Assembly (NCBI GenBank): GCA_965240325.2
Contig: OZ251243.1
Location: 1,054,001-1,118,000 of the forward strand
Reading direction: 5' to 3'
Length of the DNA stretch: 64,000 nucleotides
DNA from: Rebecca billardiae RCC1528
Taxonomy: Eukaryota; Protista; Haptophyta
Shown piece after piece: positions 31,876 through 44,137 of the stretch. A model generated the notes under the pieces. The model did not search any database. It saw only the letters and a list, made by a program, of their open reading frames with translations, and had not been told where the DNA came from. The translations under genes were made by a program, and so were the position numbers. Numbering within the stretch: position 1 is the first letter of the stretch; every line of letters begins with the position of its first letter.

Positions 31876-34200
31876 ATGTCGACGCAGCCGCCGCACCCGG
31901 AGCGCGTCGAGCTGCGCACCCGGCGCAGCCGCGCCGGATCCATCGAGCTCGGCTGCGGCGCGCACGCAGCCGCCATCGCGCGTGCCACCGCCCACGCCGC
32001 CGTGACGACCGTCCCCGAGCCAACAGCCTCCAAGCTGCTGCAGCCGTTCAAGTTCGACCTGCGCGCCGAGCGGCGCGACGCACAGCCGCGACGGCGGTAC
32101 AGCGAGCTCGACCGCTCGATCTACGACACCCTCCCGCCCGCCCTCGCCGGCCGCTCCGCCTTCCGGCGCGACACGCCCGCAACCTCGCGCCACCGCGAGG
32201 TTGCGGTGGACCTGCTCGAGTCGTGGGGCGCAGACGGTCTGGTCGCGCTGGCGGACCGGATGCGCGCGCAGCCGAGCGGAGGCGAGAGCGAGACGCGGTG
32301 CATCGCCGCCTTCGCCCGCTGCTTCGAGCGCGCCAAGATCCGCTGGACCTCGCACGAGCGCGTGCCGTGTGCGGACGAGCTTTGGGCCGTCGGCCGCGTG
32401 ATTGCGCAGCAGCTGAGCGCGCCGCAGCAGCTCAAGCTGATCCGCGCGCTGTCGCACGACGCGGACCAGCTCTTCATGTTCGAGGCGGTGGTCGCGGCGT
32501 GCGCCGGCTGGCGGCACGCCCACGCGCACACCGACGAGCAGCTCGCCGCCGAGTGGCGCGCGCACCACGACAGTTGGCTCGCGCAGGAGGCGGTCGCGCG
32601 CGCGGCGCACGAGCAGCCCAGCGCGCCCATGCGCGCGTACGAGGACGACGGGCAGTTCTGGGAGCCCGCGGACCTGCGCGCGGCGGTGCGCGCGTGGCAC
32701 GTCGCCGCCGCGGACCGCGCCGACGCGTGCTTCTTCGACCGCTGCCTCGAGCTCGCGCGCGCTCTCGCCAGCGAGCTGTCTCGGCTGCAGGCGAGCGCGG
32801 AGGCGGCGGCGGCGGCGGCGGCGGCGGCGACAGTGGCGGCCGCCGCGGCCGCCGCAGCGCCCGCGGCGTGGACGCCGCGGGCGGAGGGTGGTTGTGCCGG
32901 CTCCACGCCGCCGATGGCCCACACGCCCGCGGCCCACGCACCCGCCGCCGCTGCGCCTCTCGCGAGCACGCGCCGCGTGTCCGCCGCGCCGCGCGCCGAG
33001 GCGCTGGGCGCAGCGCCGCCGCCCGCGCTGCACGCCCTGTGCAGCCTGCGCGCGCTGGGGTGCGCGCTGGCGCACCAGCTCACGCTGTCGTGCGCGCTCG
33101 GGCTGAGCTCGCCCGAGAGTCTCGGCGGCGTGTCCACCCTCTCCCTCCGCGGCTCCTCCGCGCTCCCCGTCTCGCGCGTCCTGCGCGCGGTGGACGCGTG
33201 TCCGGCGCTGACTGCGCTAGATCTGAGCGGCCATGCTGCGTGCGTCGATGGCTCGCTGCTCGTGCACATTGGGCGCGCGCTGCCGTGGCTGCGCGTGCTC
33301 AACCTGGGCGGGTGCGTGCGGCTGACCGACGCCGACGTGCGCGTCTTCGCCGAGGCGCTGCCGCAGACCACGCCCCTCGAGGCGAGGGCAGTCGCCCCGG
33401 GTCATGCTGCGGCGCGCGGCGCGGCCGGCGCGCCGCCGTCGCCGCCGTCGCCGCCGCCGCCGAGCGGCCTCGGCGGCCTGGGCCCGGCGCTGACGCACCT
33501 GTGCCTGGCGGGCGCGCCCAAGCTGACCGACCGCGCGGTGCAGGGCCTCGCGGCGAGCGTGCACCTGCTGCAGGACCTATGCCTCGCGCACATCCCGGCC
33601 CTGACCGACCAAGCCTTGCACGCGCTCGCCGCCGACAGCGCGTGCCCCGACCTGCGCTGGCTCTGTATCGCCGCGGCGTTTGGCGTCTCCGAAGCGGGCG
33701 TGCACGCGCTGCACTACGCCAAGCCGCGCGTGCGCATGTACCACCACCACGACGACTTCCCGCACGGGCAGCCGCGCGCGCGGAGCCAGGACGCGGCGGC
33801 CGTCGGCCCCGCAGCCGAGGGCAGGGACCTCGCCGCGGCCGAACGGAGCGCGACAGGCGGCCCGGCCGCCGACGCAGCCGCCGACGCGCCCGCGCGCCGG
33901 CCGCCGGGCATTGGGGGCATTGTCACGCCGGCGGCGGGTGCCGCCGGCGCCAGCGCCGCGACGCCCGCGCCTCCGCCTGGCAGCGGCGCCAACGCGCTGC
34001 ACACGCGCGCGCTGGCGTTGGGGCCCTGCTCGACCGCCGAGCGCACCGCTCTGTCCGCTGCCGAGCCGGTGGGCATTCCGACTGTCGCCGCTGCGTCGGC
34101 GCGTGCTGCTCCTGACAAGCGCAGCGCGGCGTCAGCACGCGGCACATCGCCGGCAGCGTCCGCGACATCGTCGGCACTCGGTGAAGTGGGTGGCGGATGA
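31876..34200 (+). CDS. Cys-containing LRR (AMN1/FBXL-type) protein
   Basis: CPALTALDLSG, LRVLNLGGCVRLTD, LTHLCLAGAPKLTD, LQDLCLAHIPALTD, CPDLRWLCI. First ATG 31876 (frame open from 31726). Confidence 0.8.
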   Translation: MSTQPPHPERVELRTRRSRAGSIELGCGAHAAAIARATAHAAVTTVPEPTASKLLQPFKFDLRAERRDAQPRRRYSELDRSIYDTLPPALAGRSAFRRDTPATSRHREVAVDLLESWGADGLVALADRMRAQPSGGESETRCIAAFARCFERAKIRWTSHERVPCADELWAVGRVIAQQLSAPQQLKLIRALSHDADQLFMFEAVVAACAGWRHAHAHTDEQLAAEWRAHHDSWLAQEAVARAAHEQPSAPMRAYEDDGQFWEPADLRAAVRAWHVAAADRADACFFDRCLELARALASELSRLQASAEAAAAAAAAATVAAAAAAAAPAAWTPRAEGGCAGSTPPMAHTPAAHAPAAAAPLASTRRVSAAPRAEALGAAPPPALHALCSLRALGCALAHQLTLSCALGLSSPESLGGVSTLSLRGSSALPVSRVLRAVDACPALTALDLSGHAACVDGSLLVHIGRALPWLRVLNLGGCVRLTDADVRVFAEALPQTTPLEARAVAPGHAAARGAAGAPPSPPSPPPPSGLGGLGPALTHLCLAGAPKLTDRAVQGLAASVHLLQDLCLAHIPALTDQALHALAADSACPDLRWLCIAAAFGVSEAGVHALHYAKPRVRMYHHHDDFPHGQPRARSQDAAAVGPAAEGRDLAAAERSATGGPAADAAADAPARRPPGIGGIVTPAAGAAGASAATPAPPPGSGANALHTRALALGPCSTAERTALSAAEPVGIPTVAAASARAAPDKRSAASARGTSPAASATSSALGEVGGG

Positions 34201-35253
34201 CTGGTGACGAGCGAGCGGCGGCGCGCGCGCGTGCCGGCGCCTGCGGCCTGCGGCGCCCGTATGTCACGGACACTTCACACGACGCCAGTGACGACGCGGA
34301 GCTACGCATTCAGGCCTCAGCTGCAGCAGGGCCTCAGCAGCTGCAACGACTTAGCAGCGTCGTACTCATAATCAGGCTCATCAGAAGTTGACGACCGCAC
34401 GGATGGCGGCGACTGGCGCATGGCAAGACTGGCGGCGCACTGACTAGTGCCGATGCTTGCAGCTTATTGGGTGACTTGATAGTCATAGTTGATGGCAGGA
34501 AGAGTGAGTCGATCGTCTGCGCGCCCAGTGAGTCTTCGATCGGCGCAGACGAAACAGTATAACTATATATAGCGCGTCGTACGTATAGACTACATACATA
34601 CTGCTGCGCGATCAGACTCTGCTGCTGAGTGCTTATTTACTAATTTAGTCAGCTAGTATATATATATATACACACACATATATATATGTCCTTACCGCTG
34701 AGTTGCCGAAAGATGTTGGTCGGTGCACGCGACGCGCCACCCGCGTGCGAGCCGCCGCCGCCGGCGACGCAGGGCCACGAGCCCGGCTGCAGCCATCTCG
34801 CGCGCCCGCGCCTGGCGAAGCAGCCAGGGGGCGCCGGAAACAGCAGATCTCCGCGGCGACAAACCCGGACAGACTGTTTGTCCGGGAGCAGCGCTTTGAG
34901 GCGATGGTCTGGTAGAGGGCGATGTGGCTGATGAGCGGCGCTGGCGCCCGGCGTTCTTGTCGTCCTCTTAGACAATCAGTTATTGTACCAATAACCCCAC
35001 ATATATACTTGGCAGTGACGGATGACGCCACGGCAAAGCCCTACGACCGGTCAATGCAGCACGGGTGATCGCGCTGTCGCGGAGTCTCGCGCCGTCCCAG
35101 CGCAGCCCGCGGCGCCAGCAGCGCTGACGATGATGGTGATCACAAGGATGATCAGCTGCTCCCAGCGCTCGTTGCGCTCGTCGACCGCGCGATGATGGCC
35201 GCCGGGAGCGGGAGGCGTCCGCCGGCTGCCATGCTGCCAGCCTCACGCCTCGC

Positions 35254-37498
35254 TCAGTCAGCGGCTGCCCCGCCCGCGGCCGCTGCGGCGCCAACCTCCG
35301 TGTCGCCGTTGGATGCAGCAGGGCCGTCCGCCGCGTCTCCGAGGTGTGAGTCTCGCTGCTCGCCCCAGACCGAGTACATGCCGCGCCCGCGCATGCCACG
35401 GCCGCGCGTCGGCGTGGGCGCGGACTCGGCAGCACCCTCGGCGTGCGCGCCCTCGCCCTCGCCGTCGGCCGCGTCACGCCGCCGGCTCTCACGGCCCCTG
35501 TCGCCGCCGCCGCCGCGCTCGCGGGAGCGCTCGCGGCGGTAGTCTCGCTCGCGCCGGTCGTGCCGGCCGTACCGGTCGTAACGGTCGTAACGGTCGTCGT
35601 ACCGGCTGTGCCGCTCGTACCGGTCGCCGTGCCGGTGGTCGTGGTACCGGTCGCGCCGGTCGTACCCGCCGCGCTCGTCGAGATAGCGATCTCGGCGCCG
35701 AGGGCTGCGCTCGCGCTCATCGCGGCCGCGGCGGCGCGGCGGCGATGGCGTGGGCGAGCGCCGCCGGCGCATCTCGCGCGTGTTGCCCTCAAGCATCGAG
35801 GTGTGCGCGCCCTCGCCGCCGCCCGCGTGCGGGGGTGGCTCATCCGCCTCGCGCCGCGCGCCGCCGCCGCCCGCCGCCCCGGACTCCGGAGCGTCGGAGC
35901 GGTCTGCGGCCTCGGCCGCACCGGGCGCGCCCGGCGGCGGCGGCGGCGGCGGCGCGGCGCTCGCGAGCTTACTCTGAAGCGAAGCGAGCGCCTGCTGCGC
36001 GGCGGAGATCTTGGCCTGCGCCTGCGAGGCGCACGGGGCGCGCGGGCGCTCGCTCGCACGGACGGGCGTGAGCCGCGACGCGCGCGCGCGCGCGCGCGCG
36101 CGGGCTCGGTGCCAGCGGCGTGGGGCGGGCGCGGGTGCTGCCCGCGTCGCGTGCCGACAGCCCACCCCCGCTTGTGCGGCGGAGCGCGGGCGGAGGCGGT
36201 CGCAGCACGCGCGCGCGCGCGCACCTCGACTGGGTCGACGACGGGCGGCGGCGGCGGCGCGAGCACGCCGGGCATCCCCGGCGCGGCGCCGAGGCCGCCG
36301 AACGCGCACGCGCCGCCGAGCGGCGCCTTGCCCTGCCGCACGCGGTCGGCGAGCACCTCCGGATGATCGGGCGGCAGGTGTCGATATTTGCATGCCTCGC
36401 CGCGCTGCAGCCGCGAGCACACGCCCTTATTGACGAAGTCGAAGCAGAGCGCAACGCCGGCCTCCGGGTTGAGGGCGGGCATGCCGAGCGGCGCGGGCGC
36501 GACGGGCGGCATGAGCGGCGGCGGCGGCGGCGGCGGCGCGGACGCCGCCGCCGCCGCCTGCGCCGCGGCCGGGTCCGCGCCATGCAGGATCGCCTCGGCG
36601 ACCGTCGGCAGCAGCTTGCCGTTCCGGACTCTGTCGTTCAGCACGTCCGGGTGGTTGGGCGGCAGGTGGCGGTAGCGGCACGTCTCGCCGCGCAGCAGGC
36701 GCTGGCACGAGCCGTTGTTCACGTAGTCGAAGCACAGCGGCTGGTGCGCCCCCGGGTCCGGAGGCACCCCAGGGAGCATCGGCGGGATCGGCCCTGTGAG
36801 GCCTCCGCCTCCGCCCAGCAGGCCGGCGGCGGCCAGGCCGGGCGCGAGGCCGGGCGGCGCGCCCGGCAGCCCGGCGCCGAGGCCGGCGGCGCCCAGCAGC
36901 GCCGGGTCGGCCGAGGGGAGCCCCGCCGGCCCCGCCCCGCCGCCCGCGCCCGCCGTGGCGCCCGGCGGCAGCTTGCCGTTCTTGATTCGGTCTGCGACTA
37001 CGTCCGGGTGGTCGTGCGGCAGGTGGCGGTACCGGCACGACTCGCCGCGCTGCAGCCGGCCGCACACGCCGCTGTTGATGTACTCGAAGCAGAGCGGGTC
37101 GCCCGGGTTGCCCTGCGGCAGCTCGGCCGCCGCCAGCAGCCCCGGCGCCGCCGCCCCGGCGGCGGCGAGCGGCGCCGCCAAGCTGGTCAGCGGCTTGGCC
37201 GGCGGCGGCGGCGGCGGCTGCTGCGGCTTGCTCGGGTCAGTGAGCTGGCCGGGCGGCACCCACGCGCCCTTCTTGCCGTCCGAGCGGACGTAGTGCATGT
37301 CGTACACGTAGTGCTCCGGGATCCACGACGGCCGATCCGGCGCCTTGTCGATCGTGCCCTCGATCGTGCCGCCTTTCGTGAAGCCACCCATGCCGCCGCC
37401 GCCGCCCATGCCACCGCCGAGGGCGGCGGGGAGGGGCGCCGGCGCCACCGACGCGCCGGGCGGCGGCGGCGGCGGCGCGCCCGCCGGATCCGCGCCGC

Positions 37499-37529
<31 letters not shown>

Positions 37530-37568
37530 GGACGCCGAGCCCTGGCCTGGCGCGGGCCACGGCTGCAT
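35254..37568 (-). CDS. Triple CCCH zinc-finger protein with Pro-rich linkers and RD/RS-rich tail (RNA-processing factor-like), 2 exons
   Basis: Exons 37568-36225 and 36021-35254. Three LCF(D/E)(Y/F)..NG.C.RL.RGE.C(R/K)YRHLP..HP repeats; RERSPRRRDRY..YDRYDRY tail. Confidence 0.8.
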
Positions 37569-38797
37569 GGCGACGCTCACCTGTCCTTCTTTTTTCCTTC
37601 CCTGCCGCGGGCGGATGCGGCGAGGGATCGCGGGGGCGCGCGCGGGGCGGAGGGCGCGATTGGGTCAGCGGCCGGCTGCGCGAGGTCGGGGCGCGGCGCC
37701 GGGGCGGGCGAGTGGGCGCGAGAGCCCACGCCCATGCGGCGCCGCGCGGGTCAGATTAATCAATCAATGAATGAGATCAGGGGTGGCGGCCGCCGTATTC
37801 GGAAGGGCCGCGGGGGTGTGGGCCGGTCGGCGCGGCGCGCGCGCGGAGCCAGCGGCGGAGACGTGGGCGGAGGGGACGGCATGGGGTGCAGTGACGTTGT
37901 GCCGCCTGCCTTTGCGGGACACCGGCGCTCGAGGTGAGCCCGCCTTTGCCATCTGCGGCGGCCGTTTCCTCTTCTCCACCCGCGTGGCCCACCCGCGGCG
38001 CGCGGCGCATGACTGCGCGCCGCGGCGCACGGGCAGCGGGTGCGGGGGAGCACCGCGAGCCCATCCAGCGGACTGTGCCAGCTCATTCCTTTTACTCTCG
38101 TCGCGTCATCCCCGCGGCCGCGCGCGCAAGCCCCCGCGGCGCGAGCGCGAGGCGCGTACGTGCGCGTCGCGTGCACTCGTGCCGGCAACTCGGCAGACGA
38201 GCTGGTCTGGTGGCAGCCCCGGACCGGTTGAGACTTGAGATCAAGAATGCCCGGCCGGACCCAAGCGCGGGCGCCTAGGTTCATAAAGACTGGCCGCTTC
38301 GGCGGCTCTCTCATAGCTTGTTCCTGACTGCGCCAGGTCCGAGTGGTCGCCTACCGTGAAATCGACGCAAAAAAAGATTTTCGCGCATTTGCGGAAACGC
38401 GGGGCCCGGCGGCCCGTCAGGCTGGCGTGCGCCGCTGGCGAAACGCACTGGGGCTTGACCACTCGGACCTTCGGCCGTCAGACAGGAGGTCGTCTACCGC
38501 CCGCGCGCCGCGGCCTCGCACGGCGCGGAGAGGCCGATCCAGGGGGCGACAGCCGCTTGGGCGCGGTCTACCTTGACGCCCTCGAGGCGCCCACAGCGCC
38601 GAACGACCCTACACAGATCACCTCGCCGCGCGCGAGCGCGTTCAAAACGGCCTCCATCGAGGCTCTCTGCTGCGGCCAGTCTTTATGCGGGGCGGGCGAA
38701 TCCGCGCATGCCTGTCCTCGTCGGCTGGACCTGGGCCGCCCCGCACGACCTCGAGGGCGCCACGCCCGCTCCCGCGCCACGGGCGCGCTGAGTCGCG

Positions 38798-40960
38798 ATG
38801 GCCGAGTCGGCCGAGCCGCTGCCCCCCGCGCTGACCCTCAGCCGCCACGCCTCGGAGGACGACTCGATCGCCGGACCGGGCTATGAGGATCTCTTCCTGC
38901 CGCAGCACCCGCCGTCGCCGTGGTCGGGCCCGCGCATGCACGGCATCGAGCCGGACGACGACGAGCCGTTCTCGCTGCTGCCGCCGGCGCAGCAGCACGA
39001 GGGCGCGCACGAGGCCGGCGCCGAGCACGACGAGCACGACGAGTGCGGCACGCAGCACTCGAGCGGCAGCGCCGCGCCTTCGGAGCGCGTGCTCGGAGTC
39101 GTCGCCGTCGCGATGATCAGCTTCTTCAACGTGAGCGGCGGGCCGATCGGCTCGGAGGAGATCGTGGCGAACGGCGGGCCGCTGATCGGCCTGAGCTCGC
39201 TCTGCGCCATGTGGCTCGTCTTCTCCATCCCGCAGGCGCTCATCACCGCCGAGCTCTCGTCGGCCTTCCCGCACAATGGCGGCTACAGCCTGTGGGTGGA
39301 GGCGGCGTTTGGGCGGTTCTGGGGGATTCAGGAGTCGTACTGGTCGTGGTGCTCGGGCGTGGTGGACAACGCGTTGTACCCGGTCCTGCTCTACTCCACG
39401 CTCACCGCCATGATCGGCGGCTCGTGGGACAACCTCATCAACGGCGGCGACGACGACGACGACGACGGCTCGGCGGGCGGCGCGGGCGGCGGCGCCGGGC
39501 TCGGCGAGGAGCCGACGGACTTGTGGGCGTGCATCGGCACGTGGCAGTGCGCGCGCGCGTACCTGATCAAGGCGGCGATCACCGCGCTCTTCACCCTGCC
39601 CAACGTCGTCTCGGTCAACCTCGTCGGCCGCGGGCTGCAGGCAATGTGCGCGCTGGTGCTAGCGCCTTACGCGGCGCTGTGCGGCCTAGCGCTCTCGCGC
39701 GCCGAGCCCTCGCGCTGGTTGGCGCGCCCCCGCTCGGGGCGGGTGAAGTGGACGGCGCTGCTGTCGTGCGTGTACTGGAACGTCTCGGGCTGGGACTGCG
39801 CCTCCACCTTCGCCGGCGAGGTCAAGGACCCCGGACGCACCTACCCGCGCGGCCTCGGCGCCGCGCTCGTGCTGATGCTGCTGGCGTATGCGCTGCCGCT
39901 GCTCGCGGCGAGCGGCACCGCGCTCGGCGGCGACTGGAGCGAGTGGCGCGAGGGCTCGTTCTCGCAGGTGGCCAGCGGGATCGGCGGGCGCTGGCTGGGC
40001 ATGTGGGTCGTCGCGTCCTCCGCGCTGGGCAACTGGGGCCTCTTCGCCTCCGAGCTGCTCGAAGATTCGTACCAGCTGCTCGGGATGGCCGAGGCGGGCA
40101 TGGCACCCTCCTTCTTCGGCCGGAGGCACGCGCGCTTCCACACGCCCGTGAACGCGATCGTGCTGCAGCTCGCGATCATCCTCGTGCTGATCGGCTTCGA
40201 CTTCGACGCGATCCTCGCGGTGGACAACTTCTTCTCCGCCACGCAGGCCACGCTCGAGTTCGCCGCCGCCGTCAAGCTGCGCAGCAGCCACGCGCACCTG
40301 CCGCGCCCCTTCCGCATCGGTGTCTCCACGGGTGGCCTCGCGCTGCTGCTCGCGGCGCCGACGGTGCTGAGCGTGGCGACGGCGGTGATGTGCGTCACCT
40401 CGTCCGTCTTCTCGGCGGCGACGACCGCGCTGGCGTGCCTCGGCGGCTGCGCGCTGTACTTTGCCCTCGAGGGCCGATGCTGCCCGCAGTGGCTCCTCAC
40501 GCCAGTCGGCCGGAGGCGACACCGGCGACGCTCGTCCAGCGGCGGCGGCGGGCAGCACGGCGGCGGCGGCGCGCACGGCGCGCAGCACGCGCACGGCGCG
40601 GCGGCCGAGCCCGGCAGCGCGTCGCTCCGGCCGAACGCCATCGAGGCGTACGCCGACCCGACCGGGCTGCACGCGCGCCTTCTCGACCACGACGCACACT
40701 CGCAGTTCCTCGCCGTACCCAACGGTGGCGGCGCGCGGCCGAGGCGAGCCGAGCGCGCGAGCGCGGCGGATGCCGCCGAGCGCGGCGGCGGCGGCAGCGG
40801 CGGCGGCGGCGCAGAAGACAGTGGGCTGAGCTTCGCACTGCCGCCGCCCGTGGTGGACGCGCTCAAGCTGCCGCCAGGGCGGCTGACGGGTGCCAGCGCG
40901 GCGGCGGACGCGGGAGCGAGCCCCGGGACCGCCGCAGCGCCGAGCTCTGACGAGGGGTAG
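38798..40960 (+). CDS. APC-superfamily polyamine/amino-acid transporter (PUT/LAT-like)
   Basis: FFNVSGGPIGSE, PQALITAELSSAFPHNGGY..WV..AFG, VDNALYPVL, WNVSGWD..STFAGEVKDPGRTYP, SYQLLGMAEAG, LPRPFRI. Confidence 0.93.
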   Translation: MAESAEPLPPALTLSRHASEDDSIAGPGYEDLFLPQHPPSPWSGPRMHGIEPDDDEPFSLLPPAQQHEGAHEAGAEHDEHDECGTQHSSGSAAPSERVLGVVAVAMISFFNVSGGPIGSEEIVANGGPLIGLSSLCAMWLVFSIPQALITAELSSAFPHNGGYSLWVEAAFGRFWGIQESYWSWCSGVVDNALYPVLLYSTLTAMIGGSWDNLINGGDDDDDDGSAGGAGGGAGLGEEPTDLWACIGTWQCARAYLIKAAITALFTLPNVVSVNLVGRGLQAMCALVLAPYAALCGLALSRAEPSRWLARPRSGRVKWTALLSCVYWNVSGWDCASTFAGEVKDPGRTYPRGLGAALVLMLLAYALPLLAASGTALGGDWSEWREGSFSQVASGIGGRWLGMWVVASSALGNWGLFASELLEDSYQLLGMAEAGMAPSFFGRRHARFHTPVNAIVLQLAIILVLIGFDFDAILAVDNFFSATQATLEFAAAVKLRSSHAHLPRPFRIGVSTGGLALLLAAPTVLSVATAVMCVTSSVFSAATTALACLGGCALYFALEGRCCPQWLLTPVGRRRHRRRSSSGGGGQHGGGGAHGAQHAHGAAAEPGSASLRPNAIEAYADPTGLHARLLDHDAHSQFLAVPNGGGARPRRAERASAADAAERGGGGSGGGGAEDSGLSFALPPPVVDALKLPPGRLTGASAAADAGASPGTAAAPSSDEG

Positions 40961-42271
40961 GGCCCTGCCGATGCGACGGCGCACGGCGACGGCGCGCGGA
41001 ATGGGGACGGCGGCGGCGGCGCGAGCGCGGCTGGTTGGCCGCAGTCGCCCACTGTACAGGCGGATCAGGCTGCCCGGCGAGGGGCGGGTGGGCGCGGGCG
41101 CCGCCGGACGCCGGTGCGCATACCGACGCCGGGGCCCGGCCACCGGGGCCCCGGCCGGCAGCCCGGCACAGGAGTCGCCCCGCACGCCGCGCACGCGGCC
41201 CGCACGGAGACGGAGTGACGGACCGTCCGGGCGCAGGTACTAGGCAGTAGTGCTGATCGATTCCGAGGAGTCGTTATTATTATAATACATATTAAAATAA
41301 ATAGTATATATATATTATTGATATATATATACATATATATATACACACACTGAGATACTACGCGACGAAGAGCCTGCAGTCGGCCATGATGATGATGCGC
41401 TGCCGGATCGGATACTACGCGACTGTATATATATATATATCTGCTGCTCGTTCTGCTACTACTGTCTCTGCTGCTCGCTCGATCTGCTGCTACAGCTTGC
41501 TGACTCTGACGCCTGCCCGTTGCATACCACGTCGTTAATATTGAAACGGGCTTCCTCCATTTTAAGCGGGTACATTTGCGTACGACGGAAAAAAGGCAGG
41601 GGCTTCAGGGATATGAGGGAGCCACTGTGGCGGGCGTGAATCCCCGTCCGATATCCAAGTCAACAACGTCCCAGCGCCACGGCCAGGTCACCAGGGCGTG
41701 GCGTAGGCAGGTCGGCGCGGCCGTACGAGCGCGTGAGCATGAGTGACAGCTTCCCTTCAACCTTTTTGACCACTCTCACGTCCACGTCCACGCCCTCGTG
41801 CGACCGGGTCGCACGAGGCTGCGCCGCCGCCGCCGCGCTGACATGGAAAGGATGGGCAAGCAGGGGCCAGGATCACCCTTCTGACGGCCATAGTACTGCC
41901 CTGTACTGCCCTCTGGGGCATGCCATGTGACGGTGCAGACACAGCAATGCTCCGTCTGACCCCGCACGCCGTCAGCCTGACGAGCAAAGTTGGCTGCGCG
42001 GTAGTGGTGCGACTGCCGTCGCGCTGACGGCTGCTGTCGTGCAAATGCGTTATTGGCGCGTGGGGCAATCATCGACCGACATGGCTAGTGAGCTGATCAG
42101 GGCTGATATCAACCTGCTCTGGAACCACGCCACGCCGTTTGGCGACCTCGCCACGGCTCAATGCCCGTCCAGAGGCACGGACGTGCCGCACTACCTGGCC
42201 AGCCATACTGTACCACCAACGGCGGCGCCATCTTCAACAAAGCAAGCCCGGACGGGACGAGCGGTCACACA

Positions 42272-43321
42272 ATGGCGGCGCGCCGGCGAGGGCGCGGCTA
42301 TCTGGCCCTCTACCTGATACTTGCCGGCACACTGGTGCTGCTCATGCCCCTGAGGGAGGTGAGGGAGAGGTCGGCGGCCTTGAGCCATTCAGTGCGCGCG
42401 CCCTCCTCCATAGCCTCCAGACGGCGCCAGTCCGAGGCCACATTCCACCCGGTCTGCGATGCGTGCACAACGCGCGCCATCCCGTGGCTGTCTGAGCGCG
42501 GCGGGCGAGCTGAGGGCGACGACGGTCGTACCGCACGCGATGAGTGCGGCTGGTCGTGCGACGTGGTGCTCGTGGGGACGTCAGGCGGCGCGGCGTACGG
42601 CGCGTGGCCTCTCTGCCTCGACCGGCTGCCGCGTGCGCCCGAGCAGGTGGTCGTCTTCTCGTACGGCATCGGGGAGGACATGACTTTCGACCTGGAGATG
42701 GCGCGCTCGGTGCGGGCGAAGGTGTACGCGTTCGATCCAACGCCCAGGGCGGTTCAGCACGTGGCGAAGGAGCTCGACGCCCTCCGCGCCACCGACAGCC
42801 GCGCGGCCTCGGCCCTGCACTTCGAGCCCGCTGGCCTCGGCACGGCGGACGAGCAGGTCGAGATGACGCTGCCGGAGAATCCGGCGCACGTCAGCGGGAG
42901 GACGGGGTCGGAGGGGGAGCTGCTGCGCGAGCGCATCGCGGCGTCCGCGGGCGGGCGCGCCGCGCCTCGCACCGCACGCGTGCAGCTCCGTCGGCTGCGC
43001 TCGCACATGGCTGCGAGCGGGGTCGCGCACGTTCACGTTCTGAAGATGGACATCGAGGGAGCAGAGTTTGCGGTGCTCGAGCAGCTGCTGGACGAGGCGG
43101 ACGGCGGCGTGGCGCTACCGTTCGACCAGCTGCTCGTCGAGTTCCACCACCGCTGGGTCGACGAGCGCGCCAAGGGCCTCGGCTCGGAGCAGCGCGACCG
43201 CATCGTCCGGCGGCTTGAGCGGCACGGCTTTGCACAGCAGTGCGTTGTCAAGGGCGAGGAGGCACTGTTTGTGCGCGCGCCGCCCCCGGCAGCACGCAGC
43301 GACGGTGGCGGCGGCCGGTGA
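42272..43321 (+). CDS. Signal-anchored FkbM/Methyltransf_22-like SAM methyltransferase
   Basis: ATG 42272, TM YLALYLILAGTLVLLM. YGAWPLC, VFSYGIGEDMTFD, VYAFDPTP, LKMDIEGAEFAVL, DQLLVEFHHR. Confidence 0.88.
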   Translation: MAARRRGRGYLALYLILAGTLVLLMPLREVRERSAALSHSVRAPSSIASRRRQSEATFHPVCDACTTRAIPWLSERGGRAEGDDGRTARDECGWSCDVVLVGTSGGAAYGAWPLCLDRLPRAPEQVVVFSYGIGEDMTFDLEMARSVRAKVYAFDPTPRAVQHVAKELDALRATDSRAASALHFEPAGLGTADEQVEMTLPENPAHVSGRTGSEGELLRERIAASAGGRAAPRTARVQLRRLRSHMAASGVAHVHVLKMDIEGAEFAVLEQLLDEADGGVALPFDQLLVEFHHRWVDERAKGLGSEQRDRIVRRLERHGFAQQCVVKGEEALFVRAPPPAARSDGGGGR

Positions 43322-43474
43322 AGACGACGATGCGAGAGCCTGGCTTCGCCGTGCGACCACCATTACAACGGCCACTGGTCGGGCCTGACGCGAGAGTCTG
43401 GCTCCGCCCGCTCCCGCCCCCAGTCAGGGCCTGACGCCGGGCGTCAGCGTCTGGCCGTCTGATGCTTCGAGTGA

Positions 43475-44137
43475 TTATATAAAAACTGTGCCCTGGCGGG
43501 CGGGGGGGTCGGCGGGCCGTGCCAGTGCTGTCGCAATGTATCCTTTGCGGGTTCGGCGTCTTTCCACATTCGCTCGCGTGGCCGTGGGTGACGGACAGTC
43601 GAGTGCAAGGACCAGTGACACGTGAAGTTGGCTCCCCGACGTGATGTACACACGTTTCACGGTCTGTACTCTTAGAGTATTGTATGCGCATCAGCGAGGC
43701 CCACACCCACGAGGGAATGTGCAGCACGCGGGGCGGGGCGGGTAGCCCGTTGCTCCGCGCGAGCGCGGGTACGCGTTGTATGTGCCGCATATCGACCGCG
43801 ATGGCGTAATCGAGCGCCTCGCCGCCGTGGGCTCGGCGCAGGTCGCGTTGACGTCGTACACGGCCACCACGCTGAGCACGAGCGCGTTGACGTTCACGCG
43901 GTCGTCGCTCTTCGCATCTTCGACAGGTCTGGCGCCCGCGTGCTCGGCGGCACGAGGAGCTGTTGGTTGTGCGCGCGCGCGCGCACAGCGACAGCGTGTG
44001 CACTCGCGATCGAGAGTGGGCAAGCGCTGCTCACGCGAGCACACGAATCGCAGCGCATCCGTCACCGGCGTGACGACTTCCGCCTCGTCACGCAGCGCCT
44101 GCGCCATGGACGAGGCCATGGCGCGGCGATGTTGCAT
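43475..44137 (-). pseudogene. Possible decayed gene: protein-like segments in three frames
   Basis: DDRVNVNALVLSVVAVYDV, ALDYAIAVDMRHI..LHIPSWVWASLM and KRVYITSGSQLHVSLVLALD lie in different frames, with an intron-like GC tract near 43950-44005. No family recognised. Confidence 0.25.

Noticed and set aside
34864-34886. Hairpin cccggacagac-t-gtttgtccggg
   Set aside because: Isolated short palindrome with no supporting context.
41520-41720. Low-GC stretch inspected for snRNA/tRNA
   Set aside because: No U1/U2/U4/U5/U6 signature or tRNA cloverleaf on either strand.
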